Of a stretch of DNA of 64,000 nt, positions 29,944 through 39,273 are shown piece after piece (position 1 is the first letter of the stretch; each line of letters opens with the position of its first letter). Origin of the DNA: Candidatus Omnitrophota bacterium. Its GTDB lineage: Bacteria; Omnitrophota; Gorgyraeia; Zapsychrales; Zapsychraceae. The notes under the pieces are model-generated. The model saw only the letters and a list, made by a program, of their open reading frames with translations, did not search any database and was not told the origin of the DNA. A program made the position numbers and the translations under genes. The stretch covers positions 830,361 to 894,360 of the forward strand of contig JBFWOS010000001.1 in assembly GCA_050250375.1 (NCBI GenBank). Direction: 5' to 3'.

Positions 29944-31899
29944 CTAAAAATTTATTTTGTATTTCATCATGATTTCCGCCTCTTCCACTTCTTCGGCCCC
30001 CAAATTTGTTCCGTCGGTATTCTTAAATTCTTTATTGATATCCAGCGTGATCCGCTTTGATACCCGGATTTCGCTCCCCACTTTCTGGGTCAGGACTCCG
30101 TTGTTTGTTGTTTTGGCAGGATCTGTTTCACTCTGAACTTCATATTTGACTTCGACCCCTTCGGATAATTTCTTAGAAGCCCCGATCCCTTTGCGGTCCG
30201 GTCCGAAGCTGACTGAAAAATCGGTCAGTCCGAAGCGTTCCGCCACTTTATTGCCGGTCCCGCCGAAAAACATAAATTCAATCAAGTCTTTAGTCAGCTT
30301 GGGAGAAACGCTTCCGGTCGCGATGGATTCATCAATGCTCTCCCATTTTTTCCCCGTGGCCAGCATCAAAAACAATTCGTGCTCAGGCAGAGACGGTTCC
30401 GATGATAAATTGATCTCCGGCTCCTCTAATGTTCCTTCAACACCAACATGGATCAATACTTTACTGATGGTGGTTTCGCCGTTGATGTCCAGCCTCGGGT
30501 TCTCCGGATTCCCGGAAAAATACAGCTTGCTCGGTTTTAACTTCAGAGACGTACGTTTAGCCGTTACCTTGCCTTTGTTGAGCGCGACTTCTCCGGACAC
30601 CTGCAGATAAGACAATATGTCTTTAAACTTTAAATCAATTTCAACCGGACTTTCTTTTAAAGTCACCATCCGGTTATCCAGCTCGACCGCCAGCAGGTTT
30701 CCTGTCACGACGGGATTTTCATAGCGCCCCTGTATCCTGACATCAACTTTCTTAACCAGGCCCTGCAAATAATTGGTATGGGAATTTTTGGGGATGTATC
30801 CGGCAATTTCGCTGACATCCAAAGAAGTGGTATAAATAACGGCATTCAATTCCCCCGCACTATAATCTCCATTAAGGACCACCGGGTCCGAGACCGGCAG
30901 TTTCAAACGCGCGTTATTGATCCGCACATCCAGCCCGTTGATATCAAACGAATTAACCTTAACAAATAATTCCTGAATCTTGAATTCACTGTTTTCCGGG
31001 AGTTCCTTTAATCCGGTCACCGTCAACCTGGCGGTTACAGCCGGAGTTGTATAGTGCCCCCGAATCTTTGCATCCAGATGTGTGACCATTCCCGGCAAAT
31101 ATTTTATGTCCTGGTTCGCAAAAAAATGCCCGGCCAATTCCCGGACATCGATGGAATCTGATTGCACCCCAGCCTCTACATTACCTTTGTTGAATGATCC
31201 GTTCAAAACAATATCCGTCGAACCCGGCACTTTCAGACGTGCCTGGAAACCCTGAATATCCAGTCCATCAAAATCAAATGAAGAAGCCTTAACATATATC
31301 TCTTCAACCGTCAGTTCACTATTTTCCGGAAGCTCTTTTATATCTGTAACAACCAAACGGGCACGTACGGCCGGCGCAGTATAATGCCCCTGAATCTGTG
31401 CATCCAGATGTTTAACAAACCCCGGGAAGTGTTCAATGTCCTGGCTCTTTAGAAAATGCCCCGCTAATCGTCGAACATCCACAGAATCGGATTGCAGGAC
31501 GGCATCGATATTTCCCTTATCAAATGATCCGTTCAAGACAATATCAGCTGAGCCAGGCACCTGCAAACGCGCATTGACAGCCTGGATGTTCACCCCGTCG
31601 ATGTCAAATGACGAAACGATGACATATAACTCATCGACCCTGACCTCACAATTCTCCGGAAGTTCTTTCCAGTCTTTGAGACGCAGGCCATAGAACCGCA
31701 TCCCCGTGATCAGGTCGCCATCAACTGATTCAAACTCAAAGGTATCATCGGAAGAATAAATCTTGAGGGCTTGCTCGACAGCCATCCGGCCGCCAGAAGA
31801 GGTAAATAAAACAAAATATAAGCCGCACCCAAAACCCAGGATCAAAACCAGAATACTAATCAATATTACTTTTCGAATATACTTTATATTAATCTTCAT
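29944..31899 (-). CDS. TamB/AsmA-like translocation-assembly protein (DUF490-like C-terminus) with internal tandem repeats
   Basis: N-terminal TM anchor, three 108-aa tandem repeats (KELPEN...PAVxARL), and a C-terminal LATGKKWESI...FG region like the TamB C-terminal domain. Confidence 0.55.
   Translation of the reverse strand: MKINIKYIRKVILISILVLILGFGCGLYFVLFTSSGGRMAVEQALKIYSSDDTFEFESVDGDLITGMRFYGLRLKDWKELPENCEVRVDELYVIVSSFDIDGVNIQAVNARLQVPGSADIVLNGSFDKGNIDAVLQSDSVDVRRLAGHFLKSQDIEHFPGFVKHLDAQIQGHYTAPAVRARLVVTDIKELPENSELTVEEIYVKASSFDFDGLDIQGFQARLKVPGSTDIVLNGSFNKGNVEAGVQSDSIDVRELAGHFFANQDIKYLPGMVTHLDAKIRGHYTTPAVTARLTVTGLKELPENSEFKIQELFVKVNSFDINGLDVRINNARLKLPVSDPVVLNGDYSAGELNAVIYTTSLDVSEIAGYIPKNSHTNYLQGLVKKVDVRIQGRYENPVVTGNLLAVELDNRMVTLKESPVEIDLKFKDILSYLQVSGEVALNKGKVTAKRTSLKLKPSKLYFSGNPENPRLDINGETTISKVLIHVGVEGTLEEPEINLSSEPSLPEHELFLMLATGKKWESIDESIATGSVSPKLTKDLIEFMFFGGTGNKVAERFGLTDFSVSFGPDRKGIGASKKLSEGVEVKYEVQSETDPAKTTNNGVLTQKVGSEIRVSKRITLDINKEFKNTDGTNLGAEEVEEAEIMMKYKINF
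30697..31668 (-). repeat. three tandem 324 bp direct repeats inside the TamB-like gene
   Basis: Protein repeats at aa 78-185, 186-293 and 294-401 share more than 60% identity, and the underlying DNA is clearly repeated. Confidence 0.7.
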
Positions 31900-31997
31900 A
31901 CTTAGTTATATATTATAACCAAATTCGCCATTAAATGGAAATTATAAAACCCCGTACATTCGATTAATCGGACCGGGATCAATGTCGATTAAATCAA

Positions 31998-32625
31998 TTA
32001 ATCAATGCTGACGAAAATCTTTTTGTAGGTTTCTTTGAGGAGCTGCTTGGCTTGGAGGGAGTCTTTATCGACTTCACTTAGAATATGCCAGGCGATAAAA
32101 GCCGCGCGGTCATATTTTCTGGAGTCGAACAACTGGTTGGCTTGAGTGAGTAAATATTCCATCTGTTCGTTCGGGTCATCAATTCTTTTCATATGATCCA
32201 TTTCCACCATCGCTTTCGTCATTAATCTGGCGTAGACCAGAAATAATGACCAGCGTTCTGCAGGATTAATATTACGACCCCTTCTCAAATTTTGTCCGGA
32301 ATGTGTCCAGGATATCATTGGCAGCGGTCGATTCTCCATCAATATTATAGATTATGTATTCCGTGACTTCTCTGGCATTCCTGTAATCACGTTTTTGAAT
32401 AAACTTACGGGCATTTCCGATCAGGTAATCATGACGGTCAATGTGGTCGGGGATAATTTCCGCTTTGGCGATCACAGCATCAGCAGTAGGGTTGCGGCTT
32501 TCCGTGGCAAAACTGATAAAACTGATCCCGGCTGTAAAAACAACCAGAAATCCTATTCTGGAAAATTTTTTCATCAAGGCGCTCTCCTCTAATTGACATT
32601 CAAATAAATGGTTTAACCAAATCAA
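31998..32625 (-). pseudogene. secreted repeat protein split over two frames (candidate frameshift or pseudogene)
   Basis: ORF 32272..32625 (signal peptide) and ORF 31998..32342 overlap in different frames. Both carry a related about 40-aa repeat (DYLIGNARKFIQKRDYRNAR / EYLLTQANQLFDSRKYDRAA). Confidence 0.3.
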
Positions 32626-32723
32626 TTTTCTGATGACCTCGATTCAACGGTTTTTTAATTTGGGTGCCGGCCATCTGCCGCCGGCACCCGGGTGTTACGG
32701 GGGAGAACTAGTAGTGAATCAAA

Positions 32724-33083
32724 TTACAATTTTTCTGTGCCGGATCCTTCATCTGAGGCTTCAAGATCGGTTTCGTTGATCAGTATAGCCACTTTTCCGC
32801 CGTCTGTTTCTTTATATTCAATCTCAACGCTGTCGCCCTGATCGATATCTTCGTTCGTGGCTTCTTCGTTGAAGCTTGTTTCTGCGTTAATTGCCAGTTC
32901 AAATTGACTGACTTCATCGTTTTCCGTACTTTCTTCCTGGATCACGATGTGTTCGGAAGTGATTTCGATGACTGTCCCGCGGACAAGTTTCTTGGCATCA
33001 CTTTCTAAAGCGCGTACGGGCACGGCCAAAACAGCACACAAGACACCGGCCAAAAATACAGTCATCATTAATTTTGCGTTCAT
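32724..33083 (-). CDS. secreted acidic protein, hypothetical
   Basis: Start at MNAKLMM with a signal peptide and an Glu/Asp-rich C-terminus. Confidence 0.4.
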   Translation of the reverse strand: MNAKLMMTVFLAGVLCAVLAVPVRALESDAKKLVRGTVIEITSEHIVIQEESTENDEVSQFELAINAETSFNEEATNEDIDQGDSVEIEYKETDGGKVAILINETDLEASDEGSGTEKL

Positions 33084-33234
33084 GGAAAACTCCTTTGTAA
33101 AAATTCTTGTTAACAACATGGTTTGAATTATATGCTTAATGTTTTCAGGAAGCATTTCCTGATATTACCCCCCGTTTATTGACATCACTGTAACAAAATG
33201 AACATTAAGAGAAGATTAAAAACAAATTAATTTT

Positions 33235-34773
33235 CTAAACAGGCTGGCCGGAATGGCTGGATACGGACCTCGGCAGGGTAATATGAAATGCGGCGCCTTC
33301 ATTTATGCGGCTTTTGACAGAGATAGACCCTTTATGAAGCCTGGCAATGGACTGGGCAATACTTAAACCCAGGCCGTGGCTATGGTGGCCCTCACTGGCG
33401 GTGTGATAAAAACGATTGAATATTTTAGGGATATCTTCCGGGCGTATCCCTATTCCGGAATCCCTGACCGTAATCAGAAAATCATGTCTTGAACCGGTCA
33501 CCCCAAACTCAATAACGCCGTTTTTAGGCGTGAACTTGATCGCGTTATCCAGGATATTGAAAAAAAGCCGTCTGAGATGGACCTTATCGGCCGTTATGGT
33601 CTCGGCTGTTTTGGGCAGGCTGGATTTTATCTTAATTGATTTGGGCCGTGCCAGCAGTTTGGCCTGGCTGATAATTTCCTCCAGATAGGAAATAAAATCA
33701 AACTCTTCAAATTTAAAGACCTGGGGCTGATAATCAATCCTGGTCAGCAGCAACAGGTCATTAACAATGCGCAGCATCTTCTCAACCTCTTCCAGATTGA
33801 TTTTCATGGCTCTTTTGTATTCGATGATTGACCGTTTTTCCAACAGCGCGAGTTCCGTCTCGCCTTTGATAATGGTCAACGGTGTTTTAAGTTCATGGGC
33901 GACATGCGAACTGAATTCATCAATCAGGGCGAACGACCGCTCGAGCCGGTTGATCATTTCATTAAAATCATCCATGAGATACTTTACTTCTATGTAAACA
34001 TTTTTTGTTTCCACTCTGGCCGACAGGTCTTCATGGGATATTTTCCGCGCGATGGTCGCGATTTCTTCAACAGGCTTCAGGATCCTCCGGACAAAAATGC
34101 GGCCGATGAAACTGGTCAGGACAAGAAAGACAGGGATGCTGATAAGGACGGATGTCAGCAGGTTGATGATCAGGTTGATAATTTCTTTCTGGTACGTCCC
34201 GACCTGCAGGATGTATTTTTCTTTCCCCTTGTATGTGAAGGGATAATTAATCAGGCGTATCTTTTTCTGCGTGTAATCAATCGTCTGGTATGTGGTCAAC
34301 CCCGGGTTGGTCAGATCAACGCTGGACCGAAACAGGTCGATGAGTTCATCTGATATGTTCGCAGAACGGGCGATCGAGGCCCGGTTGACCGATATAAAAT
34401 TAATATAAAAATCGCTCAGCTCCAGTTTCTCCAGCTGCTTGAACCACCTCTTCTCAAATTTCCTGGTCCACCAGCGGCTTTGCTGTTTTTGTTCATCCTG
34501 GATCGTCTTCGCAAGAGCGAATTTCAACGGCTCAGCTTCCTCCCCCCTGACTTCCAGGTATGAGTTGATCGAGGAACTGATATTGATGGCGGCCAGCTCA
34601 AGATCTTTGTCCTGCTGGACAAACACGGTCCGGAACAAAATTAAATACAAGACCCCGCTGAAAATGATGAGAATAATAAACAGGATGAGACTGTATAAAG
34701 AACTGATTTCAAAAGTAATGGAATGATGTTTGACAGGCAGGGGTTTCTTTCCTGAGGACGGACGGTCAGGCAT
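33235..34773 (-). CDS. sensor histidine kinase (TM + HAMP + HisKA + HATPase_c)
   Basis: H-box HVAHELKTPL with N, G1 and G2 boxes (DSGIGI, GLGLSIA). Confidence 0.8.
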   Translation of the reverse strand: MPDRPSSGKKPLPVKHHSITFEISSLYSLILFIILIIFSGVLYLILFRTVFVQQDKDLELAAINISSSINSYLEVRGEEAEPLKFALAKTIQDEQKQQSRWWTRKFEKRWFKQLEKLELSDFYINFISVNRASIARSANISDELIDLFRSSVDLTNPGLTTYQTIDYTQKKIRLINYPFTYKGKEKYILQVGTYQKEIINLIINLLTSVLISIPVFLVLTSFIGRIFVRRILKPVEEIATIARKISHEDLSARVETKNVYIEVKYLMDDFNEMINRLERSFALIDEFSSHVAHELKTPLTIIKGETELALLEKRSIIEYKRAMKINLEEVEKMLRIVNDLLLLTRIDYQPQVFKFEEFDFISYLEEIISQAKLLARPKSIKIKSSLPKTAETITADKVHLRRLFFNILDNAIKFTPKNGVIEFGVTGSRHDFLITVRDSGIGIRPEDIPKIFNRFYHTASEGHHSHGLGLSIAQSIARLHKGSISVKSRINEGAAFHITLPRSVSSHSGQPV

Positions 34774-35447
34774 TAAGAGCCTTCTTTTAAGATGTAACCC
34801 GTCCCGCGAACGGTATGAATGAGTTTCTTGCCGGCATTGGTGTCGACCTTATTCCTTAGATAACGGATATGGACATCAATGACATTCGTGAAACTGTTGA
34901 AGCTTTCTTTCCAGACATGCTCTGAAATCATGGTGCGGGTGACGACCTGGTTGGCGTTCAGCATCAAATATTCCAGCAGACCGTATTCTTTGCTGGTCAG
35001 AGGAATTTCCTTGTTGCCCCTCATAACCTGATGATTGAGCATATTCAGCTCCAGGTCACCAATCTTGATGGAATCAACTTTCTCCTGGCGTTCCCTTCTC
35101 AAAAGCGCCCGGACGCGCGCCAGCAATTCACTGAAAGAAAACGGCTTGGTCAGGTAATCATCCGCCCCGGCATTCAGTCCCGAAACCTTGTCTTTCACCG
35201 CGTCCCTGGCCGTCAGCATCAGGATGGGTGAGTTGATTTTCTGCTCTCTTAATTCCCGGCAGATGGCCACACCATCTTTTTTGGGAAGCATGATGTCAAG
35301 AAGGATCAAATCATAAGGATTGATCTCGGCCAGGTAAAGCCCTTCTTCCCCGTCATAAGCCACATCAACCGTATAGTGGTGTTCCTTCAAACCGCGCTCA
35401 ATAAAACTGGCGATTTTCTTTTCATCTTCAACCAATAGAATTCTCAT
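34773..35447 (-). CDS. OmpR-family DNA-binding response regulator
   Basis: Receiver domain ([17 protein letters not shown] in LTAR) plus a winged-helix C-terminus. Stop/start overlap with the kinase gene. Confidence 0.85.
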   Translation of the reverse strand: MRILLVEDEKKIASFIERGLKEHHYTVDVAYDGEEGLYLAEINPYDLILLDIMLPKKDGVAICRELREQKINSPILMLTARDAVKDKVSGLNAGADDYLTKPFSFSELLARVRALLRRERQEKVDSIKIGDLELNMLNHQVMRGNKEIPLTSKEYGLLEYLMLNANQVVTRTMISEHVWKESFNSFTNVIDVHIRYLRNKVDTNAGKKLIHTVRGTGYILKEGS

Positions 35448-35599
35448 CTCTCTACTCCCCTAAAAGTGATTAATGATTATTGGTTTTCTCAATTCCGGTG
35501 ACATTCTACGCAAAAAAAAGAAATCAAACAAGCATATTTTCCAACCGGGAATTAATTATTTATAAATCGTTTATTTGAAGCGAGTTATAATGCGATAAT

Positions 35600-36088
35600 T
35601 TACAGCCATCCGCAAAAGACCAGCGCACAGATTGTTTTTGCGTCACTAATTTTCCGGTGGGCGACCATGGATTTAATTTCGGGCCGGCTGACAATCCTGG
35701 TTGAAATGATCTCATCCTGATCTTTTTCGGCATGCTGCGGCATGAGCTGTTGAGCCTGATAAAGATAAATGACTTCGTTGGTATATCCGGGAGCAGGATA
35801 TATTTTCCCCAATCCGGAAAACTGGCCGCCTTTATATCCCGTCTCTTCAATCAATTCGCGTTTCGCGCAGACCAACGGGCTCTCATTGGGGTCGATTGTG
35901 CCGCAGGGTAATTCAAACAGATATTTGCCCAGCGCCGGCCGGTATTGCCGCAACAAAATAATATTCCGGTTGTCCATAAAAGGAACAATCAGGACAGCCC
36001 CGGGATGATCAATCATCCGGAATTGTCTGGTCAGACCATTCGGTAATTTCTTGCTGCAGATCTTATATTTAAATTTTCCTTTCTTCAT
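35600..36088 (-). CDS. NUDIX hydrolase (ADP-ribose pyrophosphatase-like)
   Basis: Nudix box GTIDPNESPLVCAKRELIEETGY. Confidence 0.7.
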   Translation of the reverse strand: MKKGKFKYKICSKKLPNGLTRQFRMIDHPGAVLIVPFMDNRNIILLRQYRPALGKYLFELPCGTIDPNESPLVCAKRELIEETGYKGGQFSGLGKIYPAPGYTNEVIYLYQAQQLMPQHAEKDQDEIISTRIVSRPEIKSMVAHRKISDAKTICALVFCGWL

Positions 36089-36170
36089 CGTAAAAACCCT
36101 GTTCCTTCCCCGGATTTTCATATTCCTGAATTGTCGCCGCGCGGCGACAATTCAGTTACATTATGTAAAC

Positions 36171-37007
36171 TTATAGATGATCAACCCGGTATGCATCCTC
36201 CGGCACCAGAGTTGTCTCCAGTTGAATTAATTTCATCTTCCATTTGTCGGCCGGGTCCTGACTGATAAACTCCCCGTCTGATAGACGGAAATAATATGTC
36301 CGGTTAAAAAACTGTTCCCCCAGGCCGGTGGCCGCCCAATAAACCTTGAGAGCGTCAAATGTTTCTCCGTTTAGAGTAATTTGGTGTATCCCCTTTTTCT
36401 GGGCCTTCATCCTGAACTCGGTCAGTTCGTCTGTACGGAATCCCCAGAATTCTATTTTATTCTGTCCGGATAAAACAAAACCTTTCAGGCCGAGTTTCGG
36501 ATTGTAATAAAATGGAAGATCATCCTTGAGAACAATCGTTTTGGAAAAATCTTTATTTTTGAATTTTCCTTTAAGGACAAGGGTTTTCCCCTGTTTTCCC
36601 CCCGTATATAACGTACCCGCGGTGGAAAGGCTTGATTGCCACTGCAATGTTTCCCACTGCTCGTTGAGAAGATATTCCTCCACCAGCGGAAAATCTTTTT
36701 TTATCAGGAACCATTGTACAAATTTGTTCCCTCCAGGCTGTTCGGTGATATAAACAATCGTCTTGTCGATCGTGTTATTTGTTTCGGAATCAACCGCTTC
36801 ATACGTTAATTGTTTGCGGACAATTTTATCTTCAACGGGAGCGTATCGATCTTCAATCTTAAGAATCTTCTCCGGTATCATCATGACGGTTTGACTGCCA
36901 GCGGTTACAGAGACCTTGCTTGTTTCGGTTTCTGCCGGTTGTTTTAAAATATAAAAAAATTCTATCCCCAGACAAACTACGGTCAAAAAAATAATTACTT
37001 TTCGCAT
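36171..37007 (-). CDS. secreted hypothetical protein
   Basis: Start at MRKVIIF with a signal/TM anchor; no family recognised. Confidence 0.4.
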   Translation of the reverse strand: MRKVIIFLTVVCLGIEFFYILKQPAETETSKVSVTAGSQTVMMIPEKILKIEDRYAPVEDKIVRKQLTYEAVDSETNNTIDKTIVYITEQPGGNKFVQWFLIKKDFPLVEEYLLNEQWETLQWQSSLSTAGTLYTGGKQGKTLVLKGKFKNKDFSKTIVLKDDLPFYYNPKLGLKGFVLSGQNKIEFWGFRTDELTEFRMKAQKKGIHQITLNGETFDALKVYWAATGLGEQFFNRTYYFRLSDGEFISQDPADKWKMKLIQLETTLVPEDAYRVDHL

Positions 37008-37023
37008 AAAATTGGCGCCGGGT

Positions 37024-37680
37024 TTACTTTTGTTCCCGGACAAAATGGACAATCCGTGAATAAACTGGGTACGGCAGAAGTCCGACGGCATAGGAAGTCC
37101 ATTCGTAATGGATATCCTTCCAAATCTCTGCCAGATCTAATTTGGAATTAGGTTTTGAATAAGGATGCGGAGCCCACTGAACGATCCGGCCCTGAAAATA
37201 TTTACTTTCCCTCATCTTCTTGATCCGGTGAATATGTAAAGGAGAACTGATCAAGATCACCGAATACCATTTGTTGTTGCGCAGGATCGGTGCCGTATAC
37301 CGCAGGTTGGTTTTGGTGTCATACGAATGCGGCTCCAGAAATATATTTTCTTCTTTGACGCCGTTTCGCAGCAGATATTCTTTCATCATCTGTGCGCCTG
37401 AAAAATGGCGGTTCGGCCGGTGGCCCCCCACACATAAATATCGGTCAAAAAAACCCTGTTCCTGAAGTTTGAGGGCATGATCCAAACGTTGACGGGTCTT
37501 CGGTCCGATATCCGTGAAATTTTCATTCACGTCGCCCATCAAGACGATGGCAAGCTCGGCCCTTTCAAGATACTCCGTCTTCTCATCCGCAGTCACGCTC
37601 ATAAACCAGACAAACGAAACCAGAAGGTCCACCGCAAATAAGAAAAAGACGCTGAATAACACTCTTTTAAGAATTTTCAT
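37024..37680 (-). CDS. DUF218 (YdcF/SanA/ElyC-like) domain protein
   Basis: N-terminal TM helix and DUF218-like core LCVGGHRP...SGAQMMKEYL...EPHSYDTKTN. Confidence 0.55.
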   Translation of the reverse strand: MKILKRVLFSVFFLFAVDLLVSFVWFMSVTADEKTEYLERAELAIVLMGDVNENFTDIGPKTRQRLDHALKLQEQGFFDRYLCVGGHRPNRHFSGAQMMKEYLLRNGVKEENIFLEPHSYDTKTNLRYTAPILRNNKWYSVILISSPLHIHRIKKMRESKYFQGRIVQWAPHPYSKPNSKLDLAEIWKDIHYEWTSYAVGLLPYPVYSRIVHFVREQK

Positions 37681-37696
37681 TTCAAATGGTCTCTCA

Positions 37697-38269
37697 TCAA
37701 TTTTGTTCCTGGTTTCTGCCGAGAATTTTATCGCGGTGCGGAAACCGGTTATACGCCTCAATGATTTGCTGATACCTGCGTGCGTATTTCAGGTTTCCCT
37801 CATAATATGCATGGTTCCCCGGCTGCTGCCGTTTGACGTTTTCAGCCAATGCGGTGAAACACCGGACGGACAATTCCTGCATGGCCTGATTTTCCGCGTG
37901 CATGAACGGCATATAAACAAAAAGACGCTCGATATTCATCAGCTCCAGATCCTGGCCTTCCGCGATCATGCGGTTGGATAACGCGCAGGCCTGTTCATCA
38001 AACCGGTAAGCCATCGGTGTGTCCCGGTAAATATTACGGGACAATTGGTCATAAAGGACAATCACGGCCAGCCGTTCCCGCGGGCTCTTCGGCATATCCG
38101 GGCTGATCCCGCCGTTTAACAAATATGCCTCAAACCTTGCCTTCACGTCCTTGTCAAAACTTTTGCTGGTCAAAAACCATTTCCGGAAAGGATTATCATT
38201 CTTGCGGATAACCGTTTCGTCGGTAATCCCTTCAAACCAGAACGCATGGATTTCATCAAATGGTGTCAT
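37697..38269 (-). CDS. DUF924 family protein
   Basis: The N-terminus (FWFEGITDE...WFLTS) and length fit the DUF924 family. Confidence 0.55.
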   Translation of the reverse strand: MTPFDEIHAFWFEGITDETVIRKNDNPFRKWFLTSKSFDKDVKARFEAYLLNGGISPDMPKSPRERLAVIVLYDQLSRNIYRDTPMAYRFDEQACALSNRMIAEGQDLELMNIERLFVYMPFMHAENQAMQELSVRCFTALAENVKRQQPGNHAYYEGNLKYARRYQQIIEAYNRFPHRDKILGRNQEQN

Positions 38270-39068
38270 CGTCTAATCTTGACTGAGCGGCCGCCCCGCT
38301 TGTTTCAATCAGATATTCTGTCCGGATGTTCCGGAGGCTGTTGAATATATTTATGACAATATCCGGATTATTTTGCTCAAACTCCCGCAGCATCTTTTTG
38401 ATAATCATGCGGTGGGATGTATCATCGTTAGCGCATTTGGACTGGCCGATCGCCGTGATCCCGAGTTTCTCCGCAAGCACCCGCATGGCCTCTTCCCTGA
38501 CATACGCCAGCGGCCTGATCAAAGTTATTTTACCGTCGAACAGGATCTGGTTCGGCTTCATCGCCCCGATCTCCCCGCGGTAAAACTGATTCAGAACAAT
38601 CGTCTCAGCAATATCGTCAATGTGATGGCCGAAGGCGATCTTGTTCAGCTTTTCCCTGTCGCACAATTGAAACAGGGCCTTGCGTCTGTTCCTGGACCAC
38701 CAATAGCAGTCGATGTCGCCGTATTTCTCACCTTTCAGCCAGTCAATCTTCTCTATTATATACGGAAAATCATGGACTTTCAGATAGTCCACCAGCCGCT
38801 GGGAATCAAAATCAGAAAATTCAAAATCGATATGGACAGCCAGAAATTCAAATTTGACCGGGCTCATTTTAAGACGGTGCCGCAAAACGTGCAAAAGTGA
38901 CAGGCTGTCTTTCCCCCCCGAAACCGCAACCGCGATGCGGTCTCCCGGGTGAATGAGGTCAAAATCCTTGATCGCTTTCCCCGCTCTTTTGGAAACGGAC
39001 AGAAGCTCGGGAATTTCTTTTATTCTTTTCTTTTTCGGATTAAGTGGTTCGTCCGTCATCAGTGTCAC
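38256..39068 (-). CDS. PP-loop ATP pyrophosphatase (TilS/TtcA-like tRNA modification enzyme)
   Basis: SGGKDS PP-loop in VAVSGGKDSLSLL; about 270 aa. Confidence 0.65.
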   Translation of the reverse strand: MTLMTDEPLNPKKKRIKEIPELLSVSKRAGKAIKDFDLIHPGDRIAVAVSGGKDSLSLLHVLRHRLKMSPVKFEFLAVHIDFEFSDFDSQRLVDYLKVHDFPYIIEKIDWLKGEKYGDIDCYWWSRNRRKALFQLCDREKLNKIAFGHHIDDIAETIVLNQFYRGEIGAMKPNQILFDGKITLIRPLAYVREEAMRVLAEKLGITAIGQSKCANDDTSHRMIIKKMLREFEQNNPDIVINIFNSLRNIRTEYLIETSGAAAQSRLDDDTI

Positions 39069-39273
39069 CCGCGTGAATGATTGTATCCATTTTGAAATAA
39101 TGGGCCTAACTATTTGGACGGGGCCCCAAGCTGTTCAGGCGCGCCTTCCAGTGAAGGCAATTTTAATTTCTTCCCAGACTTTTCACAACCGCCCGCCATA
39201 ACCGCAACACACATCAAAATAAGCAACCATCTCATACTCATAAATTGATTTCTCATATCCCACTCCTTTGATC

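Noticed and set aside
30600-31700. Possible CRISPR-like or mobile repeat array
   Set aside because: The repeats are 324 bp coding units inside one ORF, in frame and without spacers. They are intragenic domain duplications, not CRISPR or IS-derived.
32640-32700. 10 bp GC-rich inverted repeat GGGTGCCGGC...GCCGGCACCC downstream of the 32724..33083 gene
   Set aside because: The T-tract lies on the wrong side for termination on either strand, so it is probably just a stem-loop or protein-binding palindrome.
35560-35850. 96-aa minus-strand ORF overlapping the 3' part of the NUDIX gene
   Set aside because: It is in a different frame from a gene with a clear Nudix box, and its translation is an Arg/Ser-rich reading of the same DNA.
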